Shown: positions 1 through 10,163, numbered from the stretch's first letter. The stretch: 64,000 nucleotides of DNA from Methanobacteriota archaeon (GCA_018654845.1 JABIKU010000016.1:3727-67726); one strand, 5' to 3'. The notes: a model not told the origin generated them from the sequence alone. Program-made: numbers and translations.

Positions 1-34
1 TTGCAACAATCATGGCGATTTTCATATTAATTCC

Positions 35-829
35 TCATATTGAAATTGGAGCCTTGATGTGTGGGTGATGTTCATAATCAATAACTTCTATATCCGCTGC
101 AGTAAAATCATCAATCGATTTTATGTTTGAATTCAGCTTCACTATTGGTAGTTTTAATGGTGTTCTATTAATTTGAAGTTTAGCTTGTTCAAGATGGTTA
201 CTGTAGAGGTGGCAATCCCCTCCTGTCCAAATGAATTCACCGGGTTCTAAATCGCATAATTGGGCAACCATAAGTAATAACAAACTGTATGATGAAATAT
301 TGAAAGGGACTCCTAGAAATGCGTCCGCACTTCTTTGATATAATTGACATGATAATTTTCCATTGATAACATAAAACTGGAAAAAGGCATGGCAAGGCAT
401 TAATGCCATTTTATCTAAGTCACCCACATTCCAAGCTGAAACAATTATTCGTCTTGAATTCGGATTTGATTTGATTAATTTAATGGCATTGTCCAATTGG
501 TCGATAATTTTGCCATCATTACTTTCCCATTTCCGCCATTGTTTTCCATAAACAGGTCCTAAATCTCCATTTTCATCAGCCCATTCATTCCAAATTCTGA
601 CATTATTTTGTTGTAGGTATTCAACATTTGTTTCACCGGAAATAAACCACAACAATTCATGTATTACGCTAGGCCAATGAATTTTTTTTGTTGTTACTGC
701 TGGAAATCCATCCTCAAAATCAAACCTCATTTGATGACCAAATAATGAGGAAGTTCCAGTACCTGTCCTGTCACCTTTTTTTTCACCATTTTCGAGAATG
801 TGGCGTAGGAAATTGAGGTACTCTTCCAT
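35..829 (-). CDS. thyA: Thymidylate synthase (ThyA type, folate-dependent)
   Basis: 264 aa. N-terminal DRTGTGT..FGHQMRF and the overall ThyA signature align along the full length with classic ThyA. Confidence 0.9.
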   Translation of the reverse strand: MEEYLNFLRHILENGEKKGDRTGTGTSSLFGHQMRFDFEDGFPAVTTKKIHWPSVIHELLWFISGETNVEYLQQNNVRIWNEWADENGDLGPVYGKQWRKWESNDGKIIDQLDNAIKLIKSNPNSRRIIVSAWNVGDLDKMALMPCHAFFQFYVINGKLSCQLYQRSADAFLGVPFNISSYSLLLLMVAQLCDLEPGEFIWTGGDCHLYSNHLEQAKLQINRTPLKLPIVKLNSNIKSIDDFTAADIEVIDYEHHPHIKAPISI

Positions 830-885
830 GGTATCTCCAACCCCTCATCAGCGGAAGTCTTTCAACAATGCTCTCAAGATTTCAC

Positions 886-1662
886 TTAAGGTGCGCCCAA
901 TAAACGTAAACTCTCTATTATTTGGTCTGTAAAATCTCGAAATAAACTCTTCATAATCGATCGCTGACCATGTTCATCTAATTTCATAATGTTTTGCACA
1001 TCTTTATCTTCAAATGAGCCACCCTCTGAGTGGCTGATCCAGTCACCAAAAGTAATAGGTTGACCTATATTGACTGTTACCTTCTTCCAAGGATGGATTA
1101 TTATATTGCCCGGTGACATAAAATCTCTTGCTCCAATTATTGCAATAGGAACGATGGGGATGTTTGGAAATTTTGCAGCTAATCGAGCTGCACCGGTTTT
1201 GCCCCTAGCAAGAAATGGTGCCTGTTTACGTCGTGAGCGTGTACCTTCAGGGAAGATTGCCATTGGAATGTCCGCAGACAAAACATCGACAGCCCTTGAT
1301 AATGCTTCAGTGCCTCCCTGTTTTCTTAGTGTTTCAATTTGTCCTGTACTTTCCATCAATATTCTTGTATTGTGTTTTTCAAAATATTCTTCTTTGGCCA
1401 AATAATGCATGGGTCTCATGCTTGCCATAATTTTGACAAATGGGTCGATGTGTGATGTGTGATTCCCAACAAAAATTGCTGCGCCATCCGTTGGAATATT
1501 TTCCAATCCAATATATTTGATATTCGTAAATGGTCGAATAATTGGTGGTAATATAAATAGAAGAAAACGATACATGAAAGGAGTTCGAAAATTGTTATCC
1601 GTGCCGTGTAATTGAACATTTGATGAAATTGAATTCAAACTCGCCTCAGATAAGCCGCTCAC
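886..1662 (-). CDS. plsC: Lysophospholipid / 1-acyl-sn-glycerol-3-phosphate acyltransferase family (PlsC-like)
   Basis: 258 aa. Has the HX4D acyltransferase motif (NHTSHID) and the FPEGTRS motif, with a hydrophobic N-terminus. Confidence 0.6.
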   Translation of the reverse strand: MSGLSEASLNSISSNVQLHGTDNNFRTPFMYRFLLFILPPIIRPFTNIKYIGLENIPTDGAAIFVGNHTSHIDPFVKIMASMRPMHYLAKEEYFEKHNTRILMESTGQIETLRKQGGTEALSRAVDVLSADIPMAIFPEGTRSRRKQAPFLARGKTGAARLAAKFPNIPIVPIAIIGARDFMSPGNIIIHPWKKVTVNIGQPITFGDWISHSEGGSFEDKDVQNIMKLDEHGQRSIMKSLFRDFTDQIIESLRLLGAP

Positions 1663-1681
1663 GAGTTTGTCCTGATGGGTA

Positions 1682-2866
1682 TTGGACTTGATAGTTTCCC
1701 GGCTCCATGGGAGGGTTCATCAATTCATTATCCAACCATTGTATATGGCCGAGAGGAGAGTGGGGGCAATCCTTCTAATGATATTTTTACTTCCCACTCT
1801 CGCACCTACTACTGCTGCTGAATGGGATGAAGATAATTGGCTCTGGAATATTATTGGTCCTGAACGTTTAGAGCATGGTGATGAATTCGGTTGCCATGGG
1901 TATGAGGGGATCGATGTCAATGAAGAACAATGGGTTATCGAAGCATGTAGAAATTATGTAATGGGTTTCACCAATGCTTCACGATGGGGGGCTAATCCCA
2001 TATCTTTCGGTTTACCTAATGGAGAAATAAGTGACCTAGTTATTACAACATTAATGGAAAATAATTTTTCAATTATTGGGGATTTAACCGAATTTGAACT
2101 AGAAGATATCCAAGTATTTTCACGTACAACTACTTTGGAGAAAAACCAAGTTGAAATGGAATTTCTAACCAATGTTGCCAAAGATGAACTATTGAGTGTT
2201 TATTGGATTGCTAAATGGCATGATGTCAAAATACGAGAAGATAAAGATGCAATCACACTTTTAGAATCTCAAAATGTTTGGTATACTACATGGGGGGAAT
2301 GGTATAGTCATAAATATTCGAGTAAAAATATTTATTCTTATACTAAAGAAATTACTGATGACAATTCCACTGATGATTTTTCTAGAATCCATATCAAAAA
2401 TAATTTTTCAAATGAGAATGGTTGGCAAGTTCCTGGTACAGTATTTATTGAATGGAACGGCAGTAACCCCTCATCTTGGATTGATTCAGTCAACCTTGAA
2501 GCCAATGAAAAAATTCTGAGAAATGGCTACAGATATGCAGATGGTGGAGCTTACTTGACTCTTAGCCCAGGTCAAGAAATTATTTTGGAATTCATAGGTA
2601 CGGCTCCTCAATTATTAATCACACCACAATTAACATTTAACGGCCTACATCACTCGGTAACAATCGTTGGCCATCACGTTACAGACTTACACCAATGGAG
2701 CTCAGATTTTCATGATTCTCAACTTCGTTTTACATGGTTAATTGAAAGGCCAGCTGCGATTAAAATGAATTGGATTCTGCCAATTATTGCAGTTAGTGTA
2801 CTGGTTGCTACCCCCGCAATTATCAAAAATTTGGTTCGACGCGACCAAGATTCTCAAAATCATTAA
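1682..2866 (+). CDS. Hypothetical secreted protein with N-terminal signal/anchor and C-terminal TM segment
   Basis: 394 aa ORF. Hydrophobic signal-like segment (ILLMIFLLPTLAPTTAAE) and a C-terminal hydrophobic anchor. The true start is possibly the internal M near nt 1745. Confidence 0.4.
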   Translation: MDLIVSRLHGRVHQFIIQPLYMAERRVGAILLMIFLLPTLAPTTAAEWDEDNWLWNIIGPERLEHGDEFGCHGYEGIDVNEEQWVIEACRNYVMGFTNASRWGANPISFGLPNGEISDLVITTLMENNFSIIGDLTEFELEDIQVFSRTTTLEKNQVEMEFLTNVAKDELLSVYWIAKWHDVKIREDKDAITLLESQNVWYTTWGEWYSHKYSSKNIYSYTKEITDDNSTDDFSRIHIKNNFSNENGWQVPGTVFIEWNGSNPSSWIDSVNLEANEKILRNGYRYADGGAYLTLSPGQEIILEFIGTAPQLLITPQLTFNGLHHSVTIVGHHVTDLHQWSSDFHDSQLRFTWLIERPAAIKMNWILPIIAVSVLVATPAIIKNLVRRDQDSQNH

Positions 2867-3928
2867 TCAGAGTTGAATATCGGGACCCCTTATATCCACT
2901 CCTGAATCTTTCATTGTTTGTACGATTGAAGAAATTACAATATCACTCAGAATTTCTGGTGGATATGATCCTTCTTCTATGATATTTTCACTATTCACCC
3001 ACTCGGTAACACATGAGGAGGTTACTAAGCCGGTGGTTCTAGCCATAGATGATCCATCAGTTCCACCATGGTCTTCGATAGTCCAATGAAAAGATTCTCC
3101 ATTTTCACACTCGACCTTTACTTCCATCCATGTAAATTCCGGTCGATTAATATTAAATTTCCAATCTAGGATAAGTGATTCCGTATCTAATTTTCCACTT
3201 CTTTTTTCATCGATGTATCTCTGAATATGACCCGGCCATCTCACGGTATATTCTGCCATGTCTTGTGCAGGTATTGTATCGAGAAGGCTGCGTAACCCAT
3301 CGGTCAGAAAGGCTTCCATCTCTCCTTTTCCTTCTACATCGATTCGATGCCGTTCACTCAAAGCAGGAAGTACACTTTCCATCCGGTCACGAATGATTCT
3401 GGCGGGGCGAGTATATTCGGCAATCACATCACTTGGTGAAAATGGCGCCATGTAACTCCATTCTGAATCTGGCTCACTAGGATTACCCCCAACCCTCACT
3501 TCTGCGCTGACTATACCTTCACCTTTTCTTGCTGCATAAGCAATTAACATGTTTGACAGTCCCGGAGCGATTCCAACATCCCATAGCAGCCGAGCACCTG
3601 TTTCTTTGGCAGTTTCATGAAGTATATCTGGTGTGACCTCACTAAAACTCAAGTCGATGATTCGATAACCCCAATCCACTAAATTCATAGTTGCTTGATG
3701 TCCTAAATCTCCAGGTAACATGTTCACTACAAAATCAACTTCACCATATTTTTCCAAATGATTGGAATGTTCTATCGCATCTCCTAGATGTAAATGAATT
3801 GAATCACATTCGTCGAGCCTAGGTGGCTCGGAAATTTCGTGAACATGAATGACGTGTCCAAGGTTAGCTAATCTGTTTACTACGAATGTACCAACCAATC
3901 CACAACCGAGACAATGTACGTTAGCCAT
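2867..3928 (-). CDS. Saccharopine dehydrogenase family NAD(P)-binding oxidoreductase (lysine dehydrogenase-like)
   Basis: 353 aa. N-terminal Rossmann motif GCGLVG and an internal GIAPGLSNML..RVGGNP pattern typical of the Sacchrp_dh family. Confidence 0.5.
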   Translation of the reverse strand: MANVHCLGCGLVGTFVVNRLANLGHVIHVHEISEPPRLDECDSIHLHLGDAIEHSNHLEKYGEVDFVVNMLPGDLGHQATMNLVDWGYRIIDLSFSEVTPDILHETAKETGARLLWDVGIAPGLSNMLIAYAARKGEGIVSAEVRVGGNPSEPDSEWSYMAPFSPSDVIAEYTRPARIIRDRMESVLPALSERHRIDVEGKGEMEAFLTDGLRSLLDTIPAQDMAEYTVRWPGHIQRYIDEKRSGKLDTESLILDWKFNINRPEFTWMEVKVECENGESFHWTIEDHGGTDGSSMARTTGLVTSSCVTEWVNSENIIEEGSYPPEILSDIVISSIVQTMKDSGVDIRGPDIQL

Positions 3929-4027
3929 GGACTTCGGTTATCGGTTGAGGTATTGTCTGTAACGGTTCGGGCTTTTCCAATACTTTTTCTCCACAGCCTT
4001 CATTGAGGATAATGCAGGCGAAACGCC

Positions 4028-5410
4028 GTGGCAACTGACTCTCGAATTGACCCTTGGTCGTCCGAACAGCCTACAGACTACAAAAAATTGGTCGACAAAT
4101 TCGGTTTGGAATCAATTGATTTATCAAAAATTCCAAATCCAAATCAACTTTATCGAAGAGGAATTATTTTTGCTCATCGTGATTTAGATAATATTCTCAA
4201 TTCGATTGAGAGAGCTTCCCCCTTCGGTGTTTTAACTGGATTAATGCCGAGTGGAAAAATGCATCTTGGTCACAGTATGGTGATTGAGCAAGTTAAATGG
4301 TTTCAAGAACAGGGTGGTGATGTAACTGTTACTGTAGCTGATTTGGAATCATTGGCGACACGGGGAATCTCACTTGAAGATGGTCGAAAAAATGCATTGA
4401 ACGAGTACATACTCAACTATGCTGCTATGGGTCTTGACCCCGATAATACAAATGTGTATTTTCAAAGTTCACGATCTGCTGTACAACGATTGGCATTTAC
4501 CTTAGGCAAGAAAACTAATTTGTCAGAGTTCGAGGCTATCTATGGATTTGGGGGAGACACAAATTTGGCACATGTCCAAGCTCCTCTTATACAAGCTGGT
4601 GATATTCTCCATCCAATGTTGGATGAATATGGTGGCCTAAGGCCAATCGTTGTTCCAGTAGGCATCGATCAAGACCCTCATCTAAGGTTAACACGAGGAT
4701 TAGCAGGAAAATCGAATTGGTTTAATGTGAAGGGTAGAAAATATGGTGGCTTGACAGTTGCATTATCTGTTCAAGATGAAAATTCTCAAGCTTTTGGTAT
4801 CGATTCTAATGGTCGAGTGGATCGAAAAATCCGCTCTGAAATATTCAATGATATTCAAGCCGTCTTAGTTAAATTAGGTTTTGCTGATATTTTAGCAAAT
4901 CCAAAACACGGAACATTAGAATTACCTGGTGCCACCTTAGACGACCGTTCTAATATACGACTTGCCCTTCTGTCTTTAGAACGAAATATGGGGGGAATTG
5001 GATTGATGCCACCATCCTCTACCTACCATCGTTTTGTTGTAGGAATGACTGGGGACAAAATGTCTTCTTCTAAACCAGAAACAACAATTTTCCTTGATGA
5101 TTCCATTGATGTAATGTCGAAAAAAGTCAAGCGTGCATTTTCTGGCGGCCAAGCTACGATAGAAGAACATCGGAGACTTGGAGGAGACCTAACGAAGGAT
5201 GTTGCATTTCAATATTTACAGTATTTCTTCGAATCTGATGATGATGAATTAGCTTCTATTGGTCGCGAATATCAATCCGGAAGAATGTTAGCTGGTGAAA
5301 TAAAGCAATTATGTATTGAAAGAGCAGAAACTTGGCTGAAAGATTTGGCTGAAAAGAGAGCGGCTTGGGAAGATAGACTTGACGAATTTTTAGCTGAAGA
5401 TGCACTTTAA
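4028..5410 (+). CDS. trpS: Tryptophanyl-tRNA synthetase, archaeal/eukaryotic type, with lineage-specific insertion
   Basis: 460 aa. HIGH-type motif GKMHLGH, GIDQDPHLRLTR, KMSSS (the KMSKS motif), and a C-terminal region (AFSGGQATIEEHRRLGG...) that aligns closely with eukaryotic TrpRS. Confidence 0.85.
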   Translation: MATDSRIDPWSSEQPTDYKKLVDKFGLESIDLSKIPNPNQLYRRGIIFAHRDLDNILNSIERASPFGVLTGLMPSGKMHLGHSMVIEQVKWFQEQGGDVTVTVADLESLATRGISLEDGRKNALNEYILNYAAMGLDPDNTNVYFQSSRSAVQRLAFTLGKKTNLSEFEAIYGFGGDTNLAHVQAPLIQAGDILHPMLDEYGGLRPIVVPVGIDQDPHLRLTRGLAGKSNWFNVKGRKYGGLTVALSVQDENSQAFGIDSNGRVDRKIRSEIFNDIQAVLVKLGFADILANPKHGTLELPGATLDDRSNIRLALLSLERNMGGIGLMPPSSTYHRFVVGMTGDKMSSSKPETTIFLDDSIDVMSKKVKRAFSGGQATIEEHRRLGGDLTKDVAFQYLQYFFESDDDELASIGREYQSGRMLAGEIKQLCIERAETWLKDLAEKRAAWEDRLDEFLAEDAL

Positions 5411-6009
5411 ATTAAATCATCTGCGTCGAAAACGGGTACGGTTGGGCCGACTCGAAGTGTATCCAATTCATTTGTTGACAATTCTCTTGATATAGCCAAT
5501 GCGTCTAGAATTTGACTATGCCCCATCGGGTCTAATAATTGTAATTTAACTGGTAATTCGCCATTTTTCACTAGGTTTATTTCAGATAAAAGTTGACTAC
5601 ATTTCTCTTGATTTTCTCTTTCGGTTGAATCTGTTAAAGATTGCCGGTAAATGAGACTTACAGCATCTTCAAATCGATTTAACACACCTTCTATATTTGA
5701 TATATAACCAGTTGACGATCCCCCCGGCTCGACCTCTAAACCTAATTCTTCAATAATTACTGTACATGATGATGAACGAACAATTCGTACATTCATTTTT
5801 TCAATACTATCAACATTCATCTCCCAGGCTCCCGGTTTTTTCCCTTCTGCTGGAATGAAATCAGTATGCCTCCATCCACATTTATCGCACATCATTGTCA
5901 TTTGGGTATGTTCTCCAAAATATGGTATCTCCGAACTATGGACAATCATCGTTAATCCCGAAATAGATGAGCAGATTGGGCAGGGTTGTTCAATTATGCT
6001 TTCCAACAA
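5407..6009 (-). CDS. ZPR1-type zinc-finger protein
   Basis: 200 aa. CPICS...CDKCGW four-cysteine zinc ribbon followed by a ZPR1-like beta-rich domain. Confidence 0.5.
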   Translation of the reverse strand: MLESIIEQPCPICSSISGLTMIVHSSEIPYFGEHTQMTMMCDKCGWRHTDFIPAEGKKPGAWEMNVDSIEKMNVRIVRSSSCTVIIEELGLEVEPGGSSTGYISNIEGVLNRFEDAVSLIYRQSLTDSTERENQEKCSQLLSEINLVKNGELPVKLQLLDPMGHSQILDALAISRELSTNELDTLRVGPTVPVFDADDLI

Positions 6010-6021
6010 ATCACAGCCTAA

Positions 6022-6471
6022 TCATTCCATTCCTTTTTTGGTACTAAAAGTTGGAGGTAAGAGCAGTAATCTTTCACGGCCTATGCCGAATACGGTGCCG
6101 GAAAGGTCTCCTTCAATGAATTGTTGTAATTTTTTCACAGCAGCATGTAATTCGACTTCACGATTCACCAATCCACTCATTTCTACGATTACAATATCTC
6201 CGTCCGCGACCCAATTCATTAATTCAGAAGTGCCGGTAATATCGTCGAGTACTGCTCTGTGAATTATGGTGTCTTCAACAACACGCGGCACTGGTGCTTG
6301 TGGATATTTGTCTGCCAAGTCATGATATTCTTGTTCAGGACTTAAATTAGTATTTGTTCTATTTGGGATGCTAGGCATGTTTATCCATCGAGGTTCGACA
6401 TCATTCCCCCTCGCCATATGTAATGGTAATAGTTCTCTCCTTTCACACCTGCGGTGAACTATATTGAGCAA
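6022..6471 (-). CDS. sepF: SepF-like cell division protein (DUF552)
   Basis: C-terminal GDIVIVEMSGL...AAVKKLQQFIEGDLSGTVFGIGRERLLLLPP matches the SepF core. The real start is probably the internal M near nt 6417. Confidence 0.5.
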   Translation of the reverse strand: MLNIVHRRCERRELLPLHMARGNDVEPRWINMPSIPNRTNTNLSPEQEYHDLADKYPQAPVPRVVEDTIIHRAVLDDITGTSELMNWVADGDIVIVEMSGLVNREVELHAAVKKLQQFIEGDLSGTVFGIGRERLLLLPPTFSTKKGME

Positions 6472-7209
6472 TTCTCATTTATGCACTATCTGAAGTTTCG
6501 ACGAATTCTTTCCCAACGCATTCATAAAGGACAGGATTCTAGTTTGATTCGTCGGGGACCTCCCCTAGACGAGGTGAATTTGATGCACACAACTTCTGAA
6601 GCGGTTAAGACAGGAACCAGTACAATTGGAATTACCTTTGATGGTGGCGTTGTCGTCGGTGCAGATCATCGAGCAACTATGGGCCATTTTATTGCGAATA
6701 AAAGTGTCCAGAAATTGTTCCGAATCGCAGATAATATGGCTTTGACAACCGCTGGCTTAGTCGGACACGCTCAATCACTATCTAGGACCCTTGCAGCAGA
6801 ATTACGTTTGTACGAACTTAAACAAGGGAACTTAATGACTGTAAAAGGAGCAGCGACTTTGACTGCTAATATTTTGGTCGGCCGCCCCCACTATGTTCAA
6901 CTTCTAATTGTAGGCGTCGATGAATCGGGTCCTAGCGTATTTAGCATCGATTCAGCAGGCGGTTCAATTCCTGATGCTTACTGTGCAACTGGATCGGGTT
7001 CTCCATATATGTACGGTGTTCTAGAAGATCAATACCGAGATGGTATGGATGAGAAATCTGCTTTACAAGTTGCAGCCAAATCATTACTAGCATCAGCTCA
7101 AAGAGATGCTGCTAGTGGAAATGGTATGGATCTAGCAGTCATCACTGCAGAGAAAGGATTCCAATTTCTTTCACCTGAGCAAGTCACTGATTTGCTTTCT
7201 TCACTTTGA
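6454..7209 (+). CDS. psmB: Proteasome beta subunit (with propeptide)
   Basis: The GTSTIGITFDGGVVVGADHRAT motif places Thr1 after a Gly. Ntn-hydrolase family pattern. The start is likely an internal M (about nt 6583). Confidence 0.85.
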   Translation: MNYIEQFSFMHYLKFRRILSQRIHKGQDSSLIRRGPPLDEVNLMHTTSEAVKTGTSTIGITFDGGVVVGADHRATMGHFIANKSVQKLFRIADNMALTTAGLVGHAQSLSRTLAAELRLYELKQGNLMTVKGAATLTANILVGRPHYVQLLIVGVDESGPSVFSIDSAGGSIPDAYCATGSGSPYMYGVLEDQYRDGMDEKSALQVAAKSLLASAQRDAASGNGMDLAVITAEKGFQFLSPEQVTDLLSSL

Positions 7210-7227
7210 AATTCACGACGCCTTTGA

Positions 7228-9201
7228 GTGACTCCATACAACGGAGTTTTCACAATTGTCGTGGGCTCGCAGAGAGGTATTTTCATGCGATTAACATTAA
7301 CTGAACTAAAGAAAAAAATAGCAACGGTCATTCCCAAGAATATCGACTACGAGGTCGATCTTGAAGCTGGATCAATTTCGATTATTACCAAGACCCCAAA
7401 GTCATTTGTTGATGGTGCTGAAAATTTAACTGTAAAAATAGCTAAATTAGTCAAAAGAAAAATAGTTGTCAGACCTCACCCCAGTATTTTAGTCGATGAA
7501 AAACAGGTACACGAAAAAGTTTCACAAATTATTCCTCCAGAAGCGGAAGTAAGGAAAATTTGGCTTGATCCCGCGCTCAGTGAGGTTATTTTAGAATGTG
7601 ATAATCCAACTGCAGCAGTGGGGCCCAAAGGTGCTCATATTTTGGAATTAAGGGACAATATTGGTTGGCTGGTAAATGTAGTTCGTGCACCATCGATAGA
7701 AAGTCGGACTCAACACGATATTCGCAGATATAGAAAGGAAATGGGGGATGAACGTAAGGCTTTGATGAGAAAATTTGGCACTCGAATTTATCGACAAAAG
7801 CGATCTGGTGAACCATGGGTTAGGATAACTGCCCTAGGTTCATACCGCGAAGTTGGTCGTGCAATGCATTTGATAACCACTAACGAATCAAAGGTATTAG
7901 TCGATGTAGGAGCAAAACCAACTACGAATAAAAATGAAATCCAACCATTTTTCTCTGCTCCTGAATTGATGCCATTAGATAATTTAGATGCAATAGTAAT
8001 CACTCATGCACATGTAGACCATATCGCGATGTTACCAGTTCTATTCCGTTATGGCTATCGAGGTCCAGTTTATTGTACTCCACCGACGCGTGATTTGATG
8101 ACTTTATTACAAATTGATTACATCAAAGTCAGTGCTGCCGAAGGAAATGAACCTCCATATTCAAAGGCAGATATTCAAGAATGTATTAAACATGTTATCG
8201 ATATAAATTGGGGCGAAAAAACAGATATCGCACCAGATATCAAAATGACGATGGAAAACGCGGGACACATTCTTGGTTCTTCGAGTGTATATATGAATGT
8301 TGGAGAAGGAAAAAATGAACATCGAATATTATTCTCTGGAGATATTAAATATGAAAAATCTTGGTTATTCGATGCGGCAACTGTAAGATATCCAAAAGTC
8401 GACACTCTGATTATCGAATCTACTTATGGAGGCCCTCAAGATCTTCAACCAACTCGGGAAGCAGCTTCACATGAATTACAAGAATTAATTATGGATGTAA
8501 TTGGTCGAGGTGGAAAAATTTTCTGTCCGGTTTTTGCTGTTGGACGTTCTCAAGAAGTGATGATTGCAATAGATGAATTGTTCAAATCTGGTAAAGTTTC
8601 TCCATGCACTGTTTGGTTAGATGGAATGATTTCTGAAGCCACTGCAATTCATTCTAGCCACCCTAAATTTTTAAATCGTGATTTGAGAAAAAAGATGTTG
8701 AAGGGTGGAACTGAGAACCCCTTCCATTCAAAGTGGTTTAAGCAGGTTGAATCTAGGGATCAACGAGAGTCCATTCTTTTGGATCCTAGCCCTTGTATCG
8801 TTTTGGCTACTAGTGGAATGATGACCGGAGGACCAATCGTTGAATATTTCAAACACTGGGCACCTGAACCATCGAACACCCTCTGTTTTGTTGGTTATCA
8901 AGCATCAGGCACCCTAGGTAGTCGTCTTCGCGATGGCCATTCTACCGTTCCCCTTGTAGACAAGGGTCAAACATTGATGATTGAAGTGAATTGTTCACTT
9001 AGAAAAATTGACGGATTTAGCGGACATTCCGATAGGAAACAATTGATGGATTATGTAGCCGCGCTAAATCCGACACCAAGAAAAATCATTTGTCACCACG
9101 GTGATGCGCACACGTGTAATGCATTTAGGCAAGGTTTGAGGGAGAAATTCCGTGTTCAAACATATGCGCCAGCAAACTTAGAGACTCTGAGACTGCTTTG
9201 A
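7228..9201 (+). CDS. fttA: aCPSF1 / FttA: KH-domain beta-CASP metallo-beta-lactamase ribonuclease (archaeal transcription termination factor)
   Basis: 657 aa. N-terminal KH-like region, the HAHVDH metallo-beta-lactamase motif, and beta-CASP motifs. Typical archaeal CPSF73 homologue length. Probable start at MRLTLTEL (about nt 7285). Confidence 0.85.
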   Translation: MTPYNGVFTIVVGSQRGIFMRLTLTELKKKIATVIPKNIDYEVDLEAGSISIITKTPKSFVDGAENLTVKIAKLVKRKIVVRPHPSILVDEKQVHEKVSQIIPPEAEVRKIWLDPALSEVILECDNPTAAVGPKGAHILELRDNIGWLVNVVRAPSIESRTQHDIRRYRKEMGDERKALMRKFGTRIYRQKRSGEPWVRITALGSYREVGRAMHLITTNESKVLVDVGAKPTTNKNEIQPFFSAPELMPLDNLDAIVITHAHVDHIAMLPVLFRYGYRGPVYCTPPTRDLMTLLQIDYIKVSAAEGNEPPYSKADIQECIKHVIDINWGEKTDIAPDIKMTMENAGHILGSSSVYMNVGEGKNEHRILFSGDIKYEKSWLFDAATVRYPKVDTLIIESTYGGPQDLQPTREAASHELQELIMDVIGRGGKIFCPVFAVGRSQEVMIAIDELFKSGKVSPCTVWLDGMISEATAIHSSHPKFLNRDLRKKMLKGGTENPFHSKWFKQVESRDQRESILLDPSPCIVLATSGMMTGGPIVEYFKHWAPEPSNTLCFVGYQASGTLGSRLRDGHSTVPLVDKGQTLMIEVNCSLRKIDGFSGHSDRKQLMDYVAALNPTPRKIICHHGDAHTCNAFRQGLREKFRVQTYAPANLETLRLL

Positions 9202-9480
9202 TTACAAAAGTGGAGTATCAAACCCCTCATTAATTGGATCGCTAGCATGAGTCGCTTCGATATTGTCCTCTCCTTCGTCGCTTCGAAGAACCTCTTCAAG
9301 ATTGTTTTTAATTTCATGTTTTCCCGATTTTTTTGAAAGAAAGAATAAGGGAAAAGGAGTCAACATTAGATACGCCCAAGCTTCGACAGAGGGGCCATCT
9401 TTTGTGAATGAGTTTATAGAAAGAGCGATTAAAATTACAGTAAAAAACCAAATGATATATGATTTGCTCGTTCCGAACAC
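9202..9480 (-). CDS. Small hypothetical membrane protein
   Basis: 92 aa with two hydrophobic helices. Sits in an otherwise unassigned gap, convergent with fttA. Confidence 0.25.
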   Translation of the reverse strand: MFGTSKSYIIWFFTVILIALSINSFTKDGPSVEAWAYLMLTPFPLFFLSKKSGKHEIKNNLEEVLRSDEGEDNIEATHASDPINEGFDTPLL

Positions 9481-9559
9481 AATACCCCGTGATGGCTTTG
9501 TTTGAAATTACTATCGTTGATGGCAACAATTTATCGACTATTAGTTTCGACTATCGGTT

Positions 9560-10003
9560 ATGGGCGGCGAATGGATATTGGTTCGCTGTAAATGTGGTCA
9601 TTCTTTTGGAAGTCAGAATTTCCAATCTGCTTATTGCAATCGTTGTAATTCTAACCAAAAATTATCTATTAATGCAAAATTTGAGACTAATTCAGATTTA
9701 GCCTTAGCAGTTTCTGCTGCTAATTTACCAAAAGGACTCCATAAAGAATTTTCAAAAAAGTTGAAGATTGAACGGCAGAAAAATATCAAATCTAAATCTA
9801 ATAGTGATAGTGGTGGCGAAATGATGCTTAGAATTATGAAAAATTCATTAGACGACAATGGAAATCTTAGTTTGGAATCGGTCAAAAATTCAATGTTAAT
9901 AGAGGGAATCGACAATACAACGGTCGAACAAATAATTGGTCAAGCAGAAATGCAAGGATTATTGATTAGAGTGGATTCTAATACATGGAATTGGTTGGGT
10001 TAA
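9560..10003 (+). CDS. Zn-ribbon protein of unknown function
   Basis: 147 aa. N-terminal CKCGH...CNRCN four-Cys ribbon, a K/S-rich linker, and a C-terminal helical domain. Confidence 0.35.
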   Translation: MGGEWILVRCKCGHSFGSQNFQSAYCNRCNSNQKLSINAKFETNSDLALAVSAANLPKGLHKEFSKKLKIERQKNIKSKSNSDSGGEMMLRIMKNSLDDNGNLSLESVKNSMLIEGIDNTTVEQIIGQAEMQGLLIRVDSNTWNWLG

Positions 10004-10040
10004 GTTCATGACCCAATCGTTGGTGGGCGGTTTACTCACA

Positions 10041-10118
10041 GGGCCTGTGGGTTAGTCTGGTCTATGCTTGTTCGTTTGGGACGAACAGACTCTGGTTCAA
10101 ATCCAGGCAGGCCCACCA
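10041..10118 (+). tRNA. tRNA-Pro (anticodon UGG), CCA encoded
   Basis: Cloverleaf folded by hand: acceptor GGGCCUG/CAGGCCC; anticodon stem GUUCG/CGAAC with loop UUUGGGA (anticodon UGG); T arm UCUGG-UUCAAAU-CCAGG; discriminator A then CCA. Confidence 0.8.
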
Positions 10119-10163
10119 TAATTTTGATGTTTATTCACCTTATAATAATTAATTAATTCATAA

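Noticed and set aside
1070-1619. Short ORFs antisense to or nested within the acyltransferase (1070..1405, 1215..1430, 1416..1619), plus many similar 60-110 aa ORFs nested inside long genes throughout the track
   Set aside because: They are embedded in well-supported longer CDSs on the opposite strand or in another frame, carry no motifs, and are typical spurious ORFs in AT-rich DNA.
4712-4990. Intein in TrpRS
   Set aside because: The insertion is only about 80-90 aa, it lacks an N-terminal Cys/Ser and C-terminal His-Asn, and it has no endonuclease blocks.
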